Shown piece after piece: positions 1 to 9,331 of a DNA stretch of 64,000 nt. Below the pieces are notes generated by a model, which ran no database searches, was not told where the DNA came from, and saw only the letters and a program-made list of their open reading frames with translations. Each line of letters opens with the position of its first letter. The stretch's first letter is position 1. The stretch spans positions 416,001 to 480,000 of the forward strand of contig CAVSIV010000001.1 of assembly GCA_963728205.1 (NCBI GenBank). The letters are read 5' to 3'. Source of the stretch: an uncultured Chloroflexia bacterium. Its GTDB lineage: Bacteria; Chloroflexota; Dehalococcoidia; UBA2979. A program made the position numbers and the translations under genes.

Positions 1-234
1 GCGGCTTGCGGCCGCTGCCGGCGCCGCCGCGCCGCTGGCCGGCGCCGCCGCGCTGGAGTTGCTCGCCGCCGTCGCGGGGGCCGCCGCGCTCGACCCGCTC
101 GACTGCTGCGCCGCCGCCGCGTCCTTCGCGTTGCTGCCGCCGCAAGCCGTCAGCGCCAGCGCCACGATTGCCATTGCTGCCAGTGGCAGCAGGACGCGCA
201 GCCGTCTGCTCGTCCATCGCCTCACGTCAGCCAT
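1..234 (-). CDS. Lipoprotein, truncated by the window edge (signal peptide plus Ala/Ser/Pro-rich linker; functional domain lies outside the window)
   Basis: Manual translation MADVRRWTSRRLRVLLPLAAMAIVALALTA-CGGSNAKD...; lipobox LTAC; GGAGG RBS at 241-245; not in the ORF track because it is open-ended. Confidence 0.8.
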   Translation of the reverse strand, partial: MADVRRWTSRRLRVLLPLAAMAIVALALTACGGSNAKDAAAAQQSSGSSAAAPATAASNSSAAAPASGAAAPAAAASR

Positions 235-270
235 CACTGACCTCCCTCAATCTCTCTGCGTGCCTGCTGT

Positions 271-924
271 TCAGTCCGACTCCAGCTCGGAGCCGGTCTG
301 CCACCCCTGCGTTGCTAACTCGCCTGCGGCCACGGGTCCTGGGGCGAACCCGCGAGCCGCGGACGGAATTGCCGTGACGGTGCGCACGGCGACGCCGATG
401 AGCGTCACCCACACGCCGAGCAAGAGGACGAGCGCGGCCCAAGGCACCCACTGGCCGACGAGCCCGATGCGCGGGGCCTCGGGCGCGACTGGCGCGGGCG
501 CGCCTGTGACCACGTACGGGATCGGCTGCGACGTCGCCGCGGCGAGCGTGTCGCTGCCCTTGAAGTGCGCGGCGAACGCGACCGGCCCGTCCTGCTGCAG
601 GCGGTAGACCCATGTCGCGGTCCCGCCGGAGGTCGTCGGCGTGGTGCCGAGCAGCGCTTCGGTCTGGCCGAGCACGTCGACCTGGAAGACAAACTGGATC
701 GGAGCGTTCGCGACCGGCTTGCCGTCGGGGCCAGCCAGCTTCGCGGTCAGCAGGATTGTGGCCCCGACGCCTGGCTTCGGCGCCGCCATCGTCAGCGTCG
801 TCGCGCCCTTGTCCGCGGCGGCCGCGCGGGCCGGCCACATCGCCGCCGCCGTCACGGCCAGCGCCAGCGCCGCGAGCCCGAACAGCAGGACCAGGAGCCG
901 CGCTCGACGTGTCGTCGCGGTCAT
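271..924 (-). CDS. Exported Ig-like (Big-type) beta-sandwich protein with C-terminal membrane anchor
   Basis: C-terminal part of ORF 271..2010; ATG at 924 overlaps the stop of the upstream gene (ATGA); signal peptide, LTAKLAGPDGKPVANAPIQF...F.GS motif, C-terminal TM helix; paralog at 16948. Confidence 0.8.
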   Translation of the reverse strand: MTATTRRARLLVLLFGLAALALAVTAAAMWPARAAAADKGATTLTMAAPKPGVGATILLTAKLAGPDGKPVANAPIQFVFQVDVLGQTEALLGTTPTTSGGTATWVYRLQQDGPVAFAAHFKGSDTLAAATSQPIPYVVTGAPAPVAPEAPRIGLVGQWVPWAALVLLLGVWVTLIGVAVRTVTAIPSAARGFAPGPVAAGELATQGWQTGSELESD

Positions 925-2300
925 CGCACACCTCCCTGTGTCGCCAGCTCGGCGCGGTGCGCCGCGACGGTCTGCGCCGCGTGCTCCGCCTCTTCGCTGG
1001 CGATCTCGTGCATCTCGTCGATGGGGAGCACCGGGAAGACCCGGAAGAAGAGCATCATCAGCAGCGGGATGAGGGCCGCCGCCGCGAGCGTGACGAGGAT
1101 CTCGACCACGCTCGGCCGGTACGCCGCGTTCGCGGTGCCGCCGTAGTACGACTGGTAGAGGGGCGGGACGACGATGATGATGCGCTTCAGCCACATCGCG
1201 CCGACGCCCAGCGCGGCCGCGATGGTGATGCCCTTCACCGTGCGCGTGCGCGGCAGCAGTACGAGCGCCGTCGGCACCAGGCCGCCGAGGATGAGGAACA
1301 CCCAGAACAGCGGGGCGAAGCGGCCGACGAGCAGCGACTCCATGAGCGGGGCCGTGTGGTCGTCGAGCACCCACGACTCCGTGAGCATCTCCGAGATGGT
1401 CATGTAGAGGTACGTGACCCCGAGCGTGACCATCAGGAGGCTCAGGTAGCGGAAGTGCTTGACCGTGATGAACTCCTCCAGGTGGTAGGCCCACCGGAAG
1501 GCGGCGGTCACGAGGATCACCATCGCGACGCCGGACAGGAGCGCGGCGATCACGAAGTAGGGGGCGAAGAGCGTGCTGTGCCAGCCGGCGCGCTCGTTCA
1601 CGCTGAACGCCCACGCCAGCACCGAGTGCACCGATACCGCGAGCGGGATGATCAGGATGGCGATGATCGCCATGCCCTGGTTCACCACGCGCCGCTGTGA
1701 CGGCAGGCCGCGCCAGTTGAGGGCGACGATGCGGTAGATGCGCCCGCGCCAGCGGCCGGCGCTGTCGCCGATCGTGTCGCGACAGATCGCCGCGTCCGCG
1801 ATCAGCGGCAGCATCAGGAAGATGAATGTCGCGGCAAGGTAGGTGTTCACCGCGGTGAAGTCCCACACCAGCGGCGACCGGTAGTTCGGCGTCGAGAAGA
1901 ACTCCCACAGCCGATCCGGCCGGCCGACGTGGATCACGGCGAACAGCGCGCCGATCGCCATCGTCACCATCGCCATCGCCTCGGCGAGGCGCGTGATCGG
2001 CGCGCGCCACGAGGCGTGCGCCAGGCGCAGCAGCGCGGAGGTCACGGCGCCGCCGTAGCTCAGGCCGATGAACGCGACGAGGTTCGACGTGTAGACGCCC
2101 CAGAACACGCGGTCGTTGAGGCCCGTCACGCCGATCCCGTGGATGACCTGGTAGACCCAGGCGCCGAAGCCCGCCAGCACGACGAGGCTCAGCGCGCCGA
2201 GCAGCGCCCAGAAGCGCCGCCCGCCGCCGCGCATCGGTCGCAGCGCCGCCTCGGTCACGGGGTCGAGGTTCCGTGTCGTGGACAGTGATGCAGTCGTCAC
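921..2300 (-). CDS. NrfD/PsrC-family polytopic membrane protein, ActC-like
   Basis: Motifs WGVY, ITRLAEA, IHVGRP, SPLVWD, PLAVSVHSV, WHSTLFAPYFV, WLKR; many TM helices. Confidence 0.92.
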   Translation of the reverse strand: MTTASLSTTRNLDPVTEAALRPMRGGGRRFWALLGALSLVVLAGFGAWVYQVIHGIGVTGLNDRVFWGVYTSNLVAFIGLSYGGAVTSALLRLAHASWRAPITRLAEAMAMVTMAIGALFAVIHVGRPDRLWEFFSTPNYRSPLVWDFTAVNTYLAATFIFLMLPLIADAAICRDTIGDSAGRWRGRIYRIVALNWRGLPSQRRVVNQGMAIIAILIIPLAVSVHSVLAWAFSVNERAGWHSTLFAPYFVIAALLSGVAMVILVTAAFRWAYHLEEFITVKHFRYLSLLMVTLGVTYLYMTISEMLTESWVLDDHTAPLMESLLVGRFAPLFWVFLILGGLVPTALVLLPRTRTVKGITIAAALGVGAMWLKRIIIVVPPLYQSYYGGTANAAYRPSVVEILVTLAAAALIPLLMMLFFRVFPVLPIDEMHEIASEEAEHAAQTVAAHRAELATQGGVR

Positions 2301-2325
2301 CGTGTCCTCCCTTCTCGCGGCCGCG

Positions 2326-3186
2326 CTAGAACTCGAGGTCCTGGCCGTGGCCGGCGACGTAGTAGACGCGCGGTCGCGTGTTCAGGTCCTCGCGGAGGCG
2401 GAACGCGTCGTTGTCGCGGAGGTAGTCGCTGAGCCGGTAGGTCTCGGTGCCGTTCGTCATCATGTCGGTCTTGAGATCGCCCATGAAGATGGCGTTCATG
2501 CCGCAGCCCTCGACGCAGCCCGGGAGCTTGCCGACGCGCGTGTTGTGCACGCACATCACGCACTTGCCGGCCGTGCCCTTGATCTGCGGCGTGGGGAACT
2601 CCGGGGTCGGCCCCGTCAGCGAGGCCGGCGTCGGCAGCGGATCGCGCCAGTTGAACGTGCGCGCCTCGTAGGGGCAGGCCGCCAGGCAGGCCCGGCAGCC
2701 GATGCAGCGCTTCTCGTCGACCAGCGTGACGCCGTCCGCGGTGCGGAACGTCGCGCCCACCGGGCAGACCTTCAGGCAGGGCGGGTCCTCGCACTGCATG
2801 CACGGCTGCGGCAGGAAGTACGTCTGGCCGGCGCTGTCCTGCAGCTCGTGGACCTTGATCCACGGCTGATCGGGGTGGAGGTAGTGCATCGCGTTGCACG
2901 CGTCCGTGCACTTGCCGCAGCCGTCGCACCGGCGGAGGTCGAAGACCATCACCCACTGGTGGTTCGCGAGGTCCGGCTGCTCGTTCGCGGCCTCGGTGGG
3001 GCGTGTGCGGCCGATCACGGGGATGCCGAGGCCCGCCGCCGCAGCCACGCCGGCCGCGGTGCCGAGCCCCGTCATGAGGCGGCGCCGCGACAGTCGCGAC
3101 CCGCCTCGCCCGCGCTCGCCCGCCGTGCTCGCTTCCGCGAGCGGGGTGTTCTCGCCGGTTTCAGGTCCGCTGGATGGGTCCGTCAT
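2326..3186 (-). CDS. Tat-exported four-cluster [4Fe-4S] protein (NrfC/DmsB/PsrB type)
   Basis: SRRRLM twin-arginine signal; four Cys groups CDGCGKCTDAC, CMQCEDPPCLKVCP, CIGCRACLAACP, CVMC...CVEGC; TRPRVYY tail. Confidence 0.93.
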   Translation of the reverse strand: MTDPSSGPETGENTPLAEASTAGERGRGGSRLSRRRLMTGLGTAAGVAAAAGLGIPVIGRTRPTEAANEQPDLANHQWVMVFDLRRCDGCGKCTDACNAMHYLHPDQPWIKVHELQDSAGQTYFLPQPCMQCEDPPCLKVCPVGATFRTADGVTLVDEKRCIGCRACLAACPYEARTFNWRDPLPTPASLTGPTPEFPTPQIKGTAGKCVMCVHNTRVGKLPGCVEGCGMNAIFMGDLKTDMMTNGTETYRLSDYLRDNDAFRLREDLNTRPRVYYVAGHGQDLEF

Positions 3187-3476
3187 GAGATGCCCTCCCC
3201 GCTCCGGGTCGTGGGATGTTCATCACGATGAGCATCGAGCTCTCTGCGCTGGACGGCATCGGCCAACGCGCTACACCGCAGCGCGGCGTGATCGGACCTT
3301 CAGCGGAAGCGGGGTGCTCTGATCGGCAGGGGGTCCCCCCCGGCCGTTGGGCCGGATCGCGGCTACGCCAATACGCCGACCGTGCAGCCCATAGGGCCCG
3401 AGGTCTCATGACCTATGTCACTGCCGGGACTGGGACTTATGCGCGTTACTAATCGCACTGCCGAGGGGAGTGCAAC

Positions 3477-4196
3477 ATGTCGTTGGAAGTTTCAGCTGCC
3501 CGAATTGACGAAACCGCAGCGACGGGCGCCCGCACGCCGCTGCGCGTGCTGGTCGTGGACGACCACGCACTGGTGGGCGAAGGCACCCGCCGGCTGCTCG
3601 AGCTCGAGCGTGACATGGTCGTGGTCGGCGTTGCGCGCAACGGGATCGAGGCGCTGGAGCTCGTCGAGCGCGAGCACCCGGGCGTGGTGCTCATGGACAT
3701 CGAGATGCCGGAGATGGACGGCATCGAGGCGACCACCCGCATCGCCGCCGACTACCCGGAAGTCGCGGTGCTCGTGCTCTCCGCCTACGACGACGACGAA
3801 TACGTCGAGCGCCTGGTCGAGGCCGGCGCGGCCGGCTACCTCCTCAAGGACGTGCGCGGCGACCAGCTGATCGAGGCGATCCGCTCGGTCGCGCGCGGCG
3901 ACTCCGCGCTGCACCCCACCATCGCACGCAAGGTGATGCGCTCGCTGACGCCGTCGGGGCACGGCGCGTCGGGCGCGGAGGTCGAGACGCTGTCCGACCG
4001 CGAGCTGTCCGTGCTGCGCCTCGCGGCGCGCGGGCTCGCGAACGAGGCGATCGCACTGCAGCTGGGGATCAGCGCCCGGACCGCGCAGGCGCACCTCTCG
4101 AACATCTTCGGCAAGATGCACGTCGAGTCGCGCACGCAGGCCGTGGTGGAGGCGCTGCGCCGGCGGTGGATCCGCCTGGAAGAGCTCGAGCCTTGA
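3477..4196 (+). CDS. NarL/LuxR-family response regulator
   Basis: Receiver domain (VVDDH, MDIEMP, GYLLKD) plus LuxR HTH (LSDRELSVL...SRTQAV). Confidence 0.95.
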   Translation: MSLEVSAARIDETAATGARTPLRVLVVDDHALVGEGTRRLLELERDMVVVGVARNGIEALELVEREHPGVVLMDIEMPEMDGIEATTRIAADYPEVAVLVLSAYDDDEYVERLVEAGAAGYLLKDVRGDQLIEAIRSVARGDSALHPTIARKVMRSLTPSGHGASGAEVETLSDRELSVLRLAARGLANEAIALQLGISARTAQAHLSNIFGKMHVESRTQAVVEALRRRWIRLEELEP

Positions 4197-5785
4197 CGGC
4201 TTCGCCCCGCGTCGCCGGCGCGCTGCACTGGCTCGCCGGTGCACGGCCGCACCCCGCCCCGGTGCGCCGCCGCGAGTTCTGGGTCACCCAGCTCCTCGTC
4301 ATCGTCGTCATCGCGATCGTCTACGGAACGCATCTCGCTGCGCAGCACCTCGAGCCGCGCGGCGGGACGATCGGCACGCTCGCGGAGATCCACGACGGCG
4401 TCAGCGCGCTCGCGATCATCCCGATCGTCTACGCGGCGCTGACGTTTGGGATGGAAGGGGCGATCCTCACCTCGCTGTGGATCGCGTTCCTGCTCGCGCC
4501 GCACACCATCTTCCCGCCCTCCACGAACCACCAGTGGCTGATGGACCTCGGCATCGGCGTGGGCAGCCTCACCGCGGCCCTGCTGCTCGCCGGCCGCATC
4601 CGTTCCGAGCGCCAGGCGCGGTGGCGCGCCGAGGCGATGTCCGGCCGCCTGCGCCTGCTCCACGGCCTCGGCCTCTCGCTGCGCCGGCCGCGCCCGCTCC
4701 GCGATCTCCTGCAGTCGTTCGCCGATACGCTGCGCGAGGGCATGGACCTCGACTACGTCGCGCTGTGGTTCAGCGCCGAGGGCGGCGAGGATCCGCTGCT
4801 CGTCGAGAGCGGCGATCACGCGCTCGGGGCGCTGCTCGACGCCGACGGCCTCCCCGCGTACGAACCGGATGTCGGCCGCGCATCCGGGGCGATCGACGTG
4901 CAGGCGCCGTCGGGCGACACCGCCGTCTTTCCGCTCACCGGCGAGCACTCGTCGTTCGGCGTGCTCGGCGTCGTCGCGCTCGATCGCGTCCTCTCCCACG
5001 ACGAGCGCGAGATTCTCGCGATCGCCAGCCTCGAGACGTCGGTCTCGCTCGAGGTGCTGCGCGTCGAGCAGATGCGACGCGAGTCGCTCGCGCTGTACGC
5101 GCGGCAGGTCACGAACGCGCAGGAAGAGGAGCGGGCGCGTATCGCGCGCGAGTTGCACGACGGCGTCGTGCAGGATCTCTCCGGCCTCGTGCGTGCGATT
5201 GATCTGGCCGACGAGGAGGCGCGCCGCGCCGGGGGCGTGCGCGAGCGCTCGCTCGAACCGATGCGCGACATCGCCTCCGAGGCGCTGGCCGAGCTGCGCC
5301 GCGTCACGCGCGACCTGCGTCCGACGACGCTCGACCGCCTCGGCCTGCTCGCCGCGATTCGCTCGCTGGCCACGGAGATGAGCGAGCGCACCGGCGTCGT
5401 CGTCGACTTCCACTTCGGCGACGCGCGGCCGCTGGCGCCCGAGAACGAGCTGTGCGTCTTCCGCATCGTGCAGGAGGCGCTGAGCAACGTGGAGAAGCAC
5501 GCCGGCGCGAAGCACGTCGAGGTCGAGGTCGCGTTCTCGGACCGTGAAGTGCGGGTCGAGGTGCGCGACGACGGCAGGGGCTACGCGCCGCCGGAGGACG
5601 CGAACGAGCTGGCGCGCCACGGGCGGTTCGGCGTGCTCGGGATGACCGAGCGCGCTGCGCTGGTCGGCGGCACGCTCGAGGTGTCCCGGCGTCCGCGCGG
5701 CGGGACACGGGTTGCGCTGGAGGTGCCGATCCGCTCGCCCGGCGATGTCGCGCTCGGGATGGCGGCGGCGGTGCAGCCGGCCTAA
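4193..5785 (+). CDS. Membrane sensor histidine kinase (TM region, GAF-like, HisKA_3, HATPase)
   Basis: ERARIARELHD H-box, QEALSNVEKHA, DDGRG, FGVLGMTERA; probable TTG start at 4193 overlapping the regulator stop. Confidence 0.93.
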   Translation: MTASPRVAGALHWLAGARPHPAPVRRREFWVTQLLVIVVIAIVYGTHLAAQHLEPRGGTIGTLAEIHDGVSALAIIPIVYAALTFGMEGAILTSLWIAFLLAPHTIFPPSTNHQWLMDLGIGVGSLTAALLLAGRIRSERQARWRAEAMSGRLRLLHGLGLSLRRPRPLRDLLQSFADTLREGMDLDYVALWFSAEGGEDPLLVESGDHALGALLDADGLPAYEPDVGRASGAIDVQAPSGDTAVFPLTGEHSSFGVLGVVALDRVLSHDEREILAIASLETSVSLEVLRVEQMRRESLALYARQVTNAQEEERARIARELHDGVVQDLSGLVRAIDLADEEARRAGGVRERSLEPMRDIASEALAELRRVTRDLRPTTLDRLGLLAAIRSLATEMSERTGVVVDFHFGDARPLAPENELCVFRIVQEALSNVEKHAGAKHVEVEVAFSDREVRVEVRDDGRGYAPPEDANELARHGRFGVLGMTERAALVGGTLEVSRRPRGGTRVALEVPIRSPGDVALGMAAAVQPA

Positions 5786-5990
5786 GCGCACGCTCCCGCG
5801 CGCCGCAGCGAGCAGGGTGCGTCAGCGCGCTGTTTCCAGGTCCGGTGAATGCGTGTCCGCCACCCGCTGGGAGGCGCGCGGTGGGTCGCGACCGGAGGTC
5901 GCGCCCCGACCGACGCGGCTCGCCCGGACACGGCGAGCGGCGGGTGCCGCCCGCCGCTCACGCGACCCACCAGACCCGGCGGCTATGCGG

Positions 5991-6510
5991 TCACAGCGCC
6001 AGCCCCTGCACGTCGATCACGGAGCAGCAGGCCGCGTCGCCCCACTTCTTCTCGCCCACCACGCTGTCCGAGGCCCGCACGCCCAGCGCCTCGATCCGAG
6101 CCGCGGCGCCGGTGCCACGACGGGCACGCCGTCACCGTGTGCCAGCTCGCATCCTCGAACGCGCGGTAGACCGGGCACTCCGCGTTCTCGATGCGGATCG
6201 TGCCGGGCGTCTCGCGCTTCACCTGGCCGGCGAAGCCCTCGGGCGGCGCGAACACCGCCAGCGCCAGCTCGATCAGGTCGAGTGCCTGCTCCACCGTCTC
6301 CACCCGCTCGACGTCGACCTCGCGCATCAGGTCGCGCATCGCGTCGGCCGAGCGCTGCCGCTCGAGCTCGAGGAAGTGCACGTTCGCGATCAGCCAGCCG
6401 TCGCTGCGGACGGATCCGGGTAGCCAGGAGAGGTCCGCGGCGTAGGGGTGGCGGGCGCGCAGCGCCTCCACCTGCTCCTCCGTGAGCGCCAGCGGGACGG
6501 TCGTCGTCAT
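5991..6510 (-). CDS. Small Cys-containing protein resembling V4R/MetOD/ATC-hydrolase-type ligand- or metal-binding folds; apparent +1 frameshift near 6098
   Basis: ECPVY...TACPSW motif; removing one base near 6098 restores GWIEALGV...KKWGDAACCSVIDV ending at TGA 5991-5993. Confidence 0.6.
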
Positions 6511-6844
6511 CTCGCACCTCGATGTCTCGAATGAGCGGCTCTGAAGGGATGTTCGGGCCCGGAGCCGCGCGTGGCATCGGCCGAGCGGCGGGCGGCGCGG
6601 GCGGTATTTCGTACAGCATGAGCGGCGGGCGCGTGCGCGAAGCCGCATGCCGGCATCCGCCCCTCGGACGCGCCGGAACCGCGTCGCGTCGTGCGCGCAC
6701 ACAGCGCCGAGTCGGACGTGGACCGGGGGACGCCCGCGACGGCGCACGAGCGCGGGAGCGCCTGGAGGAGGTGCACGCCCCGCGCACCCGCACGCCGTCG
6801 AGAGCGAGTCGGACGAACCGCCTGCCGGCAATCCGCCCGAGACA

Positions 6845-7345
6845 TCAGGCCGCGGCCACCGCCGCCGACCTCCGCCGAGGCGGGATCGCGAACGCGCCGA
6901 TCCCGGGCTGCACGAGACGCATGAAGTCCTGCGTGCGCATCGAAATCGACTGCGTGTGCGTTCCCGCCGAGAAGACGATCTGCTCGTCCTCGGTGAGCGA
7001 CCGGTCCACGAAGACCGGCACGTGGTAGAGGTTGCCAAAGGGCGGCATCGCGCCGACCTCGCAGTCGCGGAACGTCTCCGCGAACTGCGATTCGCACGAC
7101 AGCATCACGTCGAGCGCGCCCATCAGCTCCGCGACGCGCCAGATGTTCACGCGGTGCGTGGCCGGCACGACGAGCATCACCAGGCGGCCGTCCGCCTCGA
7201 TCATCACCACCTTCGCGACCCCGCGGCCCGGCACGTGCTCGCAGGCCGCGATCTCCGACGCCGTATAGGCGAGCGGGTGCTCCTGCAACTCGAACGGCAC
7301 GCCGTGCCCAATGAGGTACGAAAGCAGGTTCTGAGCGGCGGTCAT
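6845..7345 (-). CDS. YbaK/EbsC-family aminoacyl-tRNA deacylase-like protein
   Basis: HPLAYTASEIA, VAKVV, DCEVGAMPPFG, FSAGTH motifs; GAGGAGG RBS. Confidence 0.9.
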   Translation of the reverse strand: MTAAQNLLSYLIGHGVPFELQEHPLAYTASEIAACEHVPGRGVAKVVMIEADGRLVMLVVPATHRVNIWRVAELMGALDVMLSCESQFAETFRDCEVGAMPPFGNLYHVPVFVDRSLTEDEQIVFSAGTHTQSISMRTQDFMRLVQPGIGAFAIPPRRRSAAVAAA

Positions 7346-7490
7346 CCGGTGCCTCCTCGTCTGTCCCCGGCGCCTCGCCTCTGGATCCGAGGCCGCCCGG
7401 AAAGGTGGACGGCGTCGCGGCGCGCCCCTTCGCCGCGACGCCGTCGCATGGGGCCACCTCGCGCCTCGCGCGAGCGGCCCACCTGGGCGG

Positions 7491-8804
7491 TCAGCGCTCA
7501 GCCATCGGTGCGTAGTGGCGCTCGTTCGCGCCCACGTACACCTGGCGAGGCCGACCGATGCGGGCTGCCGGGTCGTGCTGCTGCTCGCGCCAGTGCGCGA
7601 CCCAGCCGGGCATGCGCCCCAGTGCGAAGAACACTGTGAACGCCCGGATCGGGATGCCCAGCGCCTCGTAGATGAGGCCGCTGTAGAAGTCGACGTTCGG
7701 GTAGAGCCGCCGCGAGACGAAGTAGTCGTCCGACAGCGCCTGCTCCTCGAGCTGCAGCGCGATCTCGAGCAGCTGCGTGGGCTTGCCGAGCTCCGCAAGC
7801 ACGTCGTGCGCCGCCGCCTTGAGGATGCGCGCCCGCGGGTCGAAGTTCTTGTAGACGCGGTGGCCGAAGCCCATCAGCCGCGTCGTGTCGTCGCGGCTCT
7901 TGCACCGCTCCAGGAACTGCCGGCCGTCCTGCCCGCTCTGCGCGATGTCGTGCAGCATCTCGATCACCGCCTGGTTCGCGCCGCCGTGCAGCGGGCCCCA
8001 CAGCGCCATGATCGCGGCCGACGCCGACGCGTAGATGTTCGACTGCGACGAGCCGACGACGCGCATCGTGCTCGTCGAGCAGTTCTGCTCGTGCTCGGCG
8101 TGCAGGATCAGCAGCAGGTCGATCGCCCGCGCGAACACGGGGTTGATCTCGTACTGCTCGGTCGGCGTCGAGAACATCAGGTGCAGGATGTTCGACGCGT
8201 AGTCGACGCCGTTGCGCGGGTAGTTGAACGGCTGGCCGATCGAGTACTTGTACGCCCAGGCCGCGATCGTCGGCATCTTCGCCAGCAGGCGGAACGTGGA
8301 GATCTCGACCTGCTCGTCGTTCAGCGGGTCGATGGAGTCGCGATAGAAGGTCGACAGCGCGGAGACCACCGACGACGTGATCGCCATCGGGTGCGCGTCG
8401 AGGGGAAAGCCGCGGTAGATCGCGCGGATGTCCTCGTGAAGCATCGTGTGGTAGGTGATCTCGTGCTGGAACGCCGCCAGCTGCTCCGAGGTGGGCAGCT
8501 CGCCATAGAGCACGAGGTACGCGACCTCGAGGAACGAGCTCTTCGCGGCCAGCTCCTCGATGGGGTAGCCCCGGTAGCGCAGGATCCCCTGCTCGCCGTT
8601 GATGAAGCTGATCGCGCTGGAACAGCTGCCGGTGTTGCCGAAGCCGGGGTCCATCGTGATCAGGCCGGTGGCGGCGCGCAGCTGCGAGATGTCGATCGCC
8701 CGCTCGCCCTCGCTGCCGGTGACGATCGGGAACTCGTAGGTCGTGCCATCCACCTCGAGCCGTGCGACCTTGGTGCCGCTCGGGGCGGGCTCCGTGAGGG
8801 TCAT
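7491..8804 (-). CDS. gltA: Citrate synthase (type II-like)
   Basis: DPGFGNTGSC, GILRYRGYPIEEL, HAEHEQNCST, GPLHGGAN, MGFGHRVYKNFDPRA, YPNVDFYSG. Confidence 0.98.
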   Translation of the reverse strand: MTLTEPAPSGTKVARLEVDGTTYEFPIVTGSEGERAIDISQLRAATGLITMDPGFGNTGSCSSAISFINGEQGILRYRGYPIEELAAKSSFLEVAYLVLYGELPTSEQLAAFQHEITYHTMLHEDIRAIYRGFPLDAHPMAITSSVVSALSTFYRDSIDPLNDEQVEISTFRLLAKMPTIAAWAYKYSIGQPFNYPRNGVDYASNILHLMFSTPTEQYEINPVFARAIDLLLILHAEHEQNCSTSTMRVVGSSQSNIYASASAAIMALWGPLHGGANQAVIEMLHDIAQSGQDGRQFLERCKSRDDTTRLMGFGHRVYKNFDPRARILKAAAHDVLAELGKPTQLLEIALQLEEQALSDDYFVSRRLYPNVDFYSGLIYEALGIPIRAFTVFFALGRMPGWVAHWREQQHDPAARIGRPRQVYVGANERHYAPMAER

Positions 8805-9064
8805 TGGGGCGCCTCCTCCTTCGCTCTTCGAACCGGCGCGCTCCCGTGTGCGCGTCGTCCATCTGAAGCTAGGGAGCTGCGGGACCGACTTTCAGGGGCC
8901 TTCGTCGGGCATCGCATTGGACCTTCGGTCGGATCGCACTGGCAGATCGGACAGTGTCTTCCGCGCTACACCGGCGGCAGCCTCTGCTGCCTCCGGCTCG
9001 ATCCTCCTCCGCCCCGCGGTCGGCTCGCGCCGAGCGACGGGCTCCGTTCGGCGCGCGGTCGTGG

Positions 9065-9252
9065 CCGGCTTCGAGCGGCAGCCGGGAGGGTGCCGATCGC
9101 TCCCGAACGGCTCGTCGTCCGCGCCGGCACGTCGGCGCGCCACCACGGGGATTCCCGCCGACACCCGCCGCCCTGCGCGCTCGCGCCGAGTTCCGTCGCA
9201 CGTCGTGCCCACGGGAGTGTTCGGCACCCTGCCGGCTGCCGCTCGACGCCGG
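9065..9252. repeat. 41-bp imperfect inverted repeat pair (REP-doublet or MITE-like)
   Basis: Arm 9065-9105 matches the reverse complement of 9212-9252 at 37 of 41 positions. Confidence 0.8.
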
Positions 9253-9257
9253 ACGTC

Positions 9258-9274
9258 TTCACACAGCATTCACC
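9258..9274 (+). promoter_or_regulatory. Putative OmpR-family direct-repeat box
   Basis: TTCACA-N5-TTCACC (11-bp period) upstream of the operon that encodes an OmpR-type regulator. Confidence 0.55.
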
Positions 9275-9331
9275 GAGCGGCGCGACCTTCTTCTCGACGG
9301 CACAGACGTGCCGCCCAAGAAGGAGACCAGG

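Noticed and set aside
921-3186. Calling the modules nrfCD, dsrOP, psrBC or actBC by name
   Set aside because: The diagnostic partner genes (nrfA/B, dsrMKJ, psrA, actA/D/E/F) are absent from the window, so only a family-level call is supported
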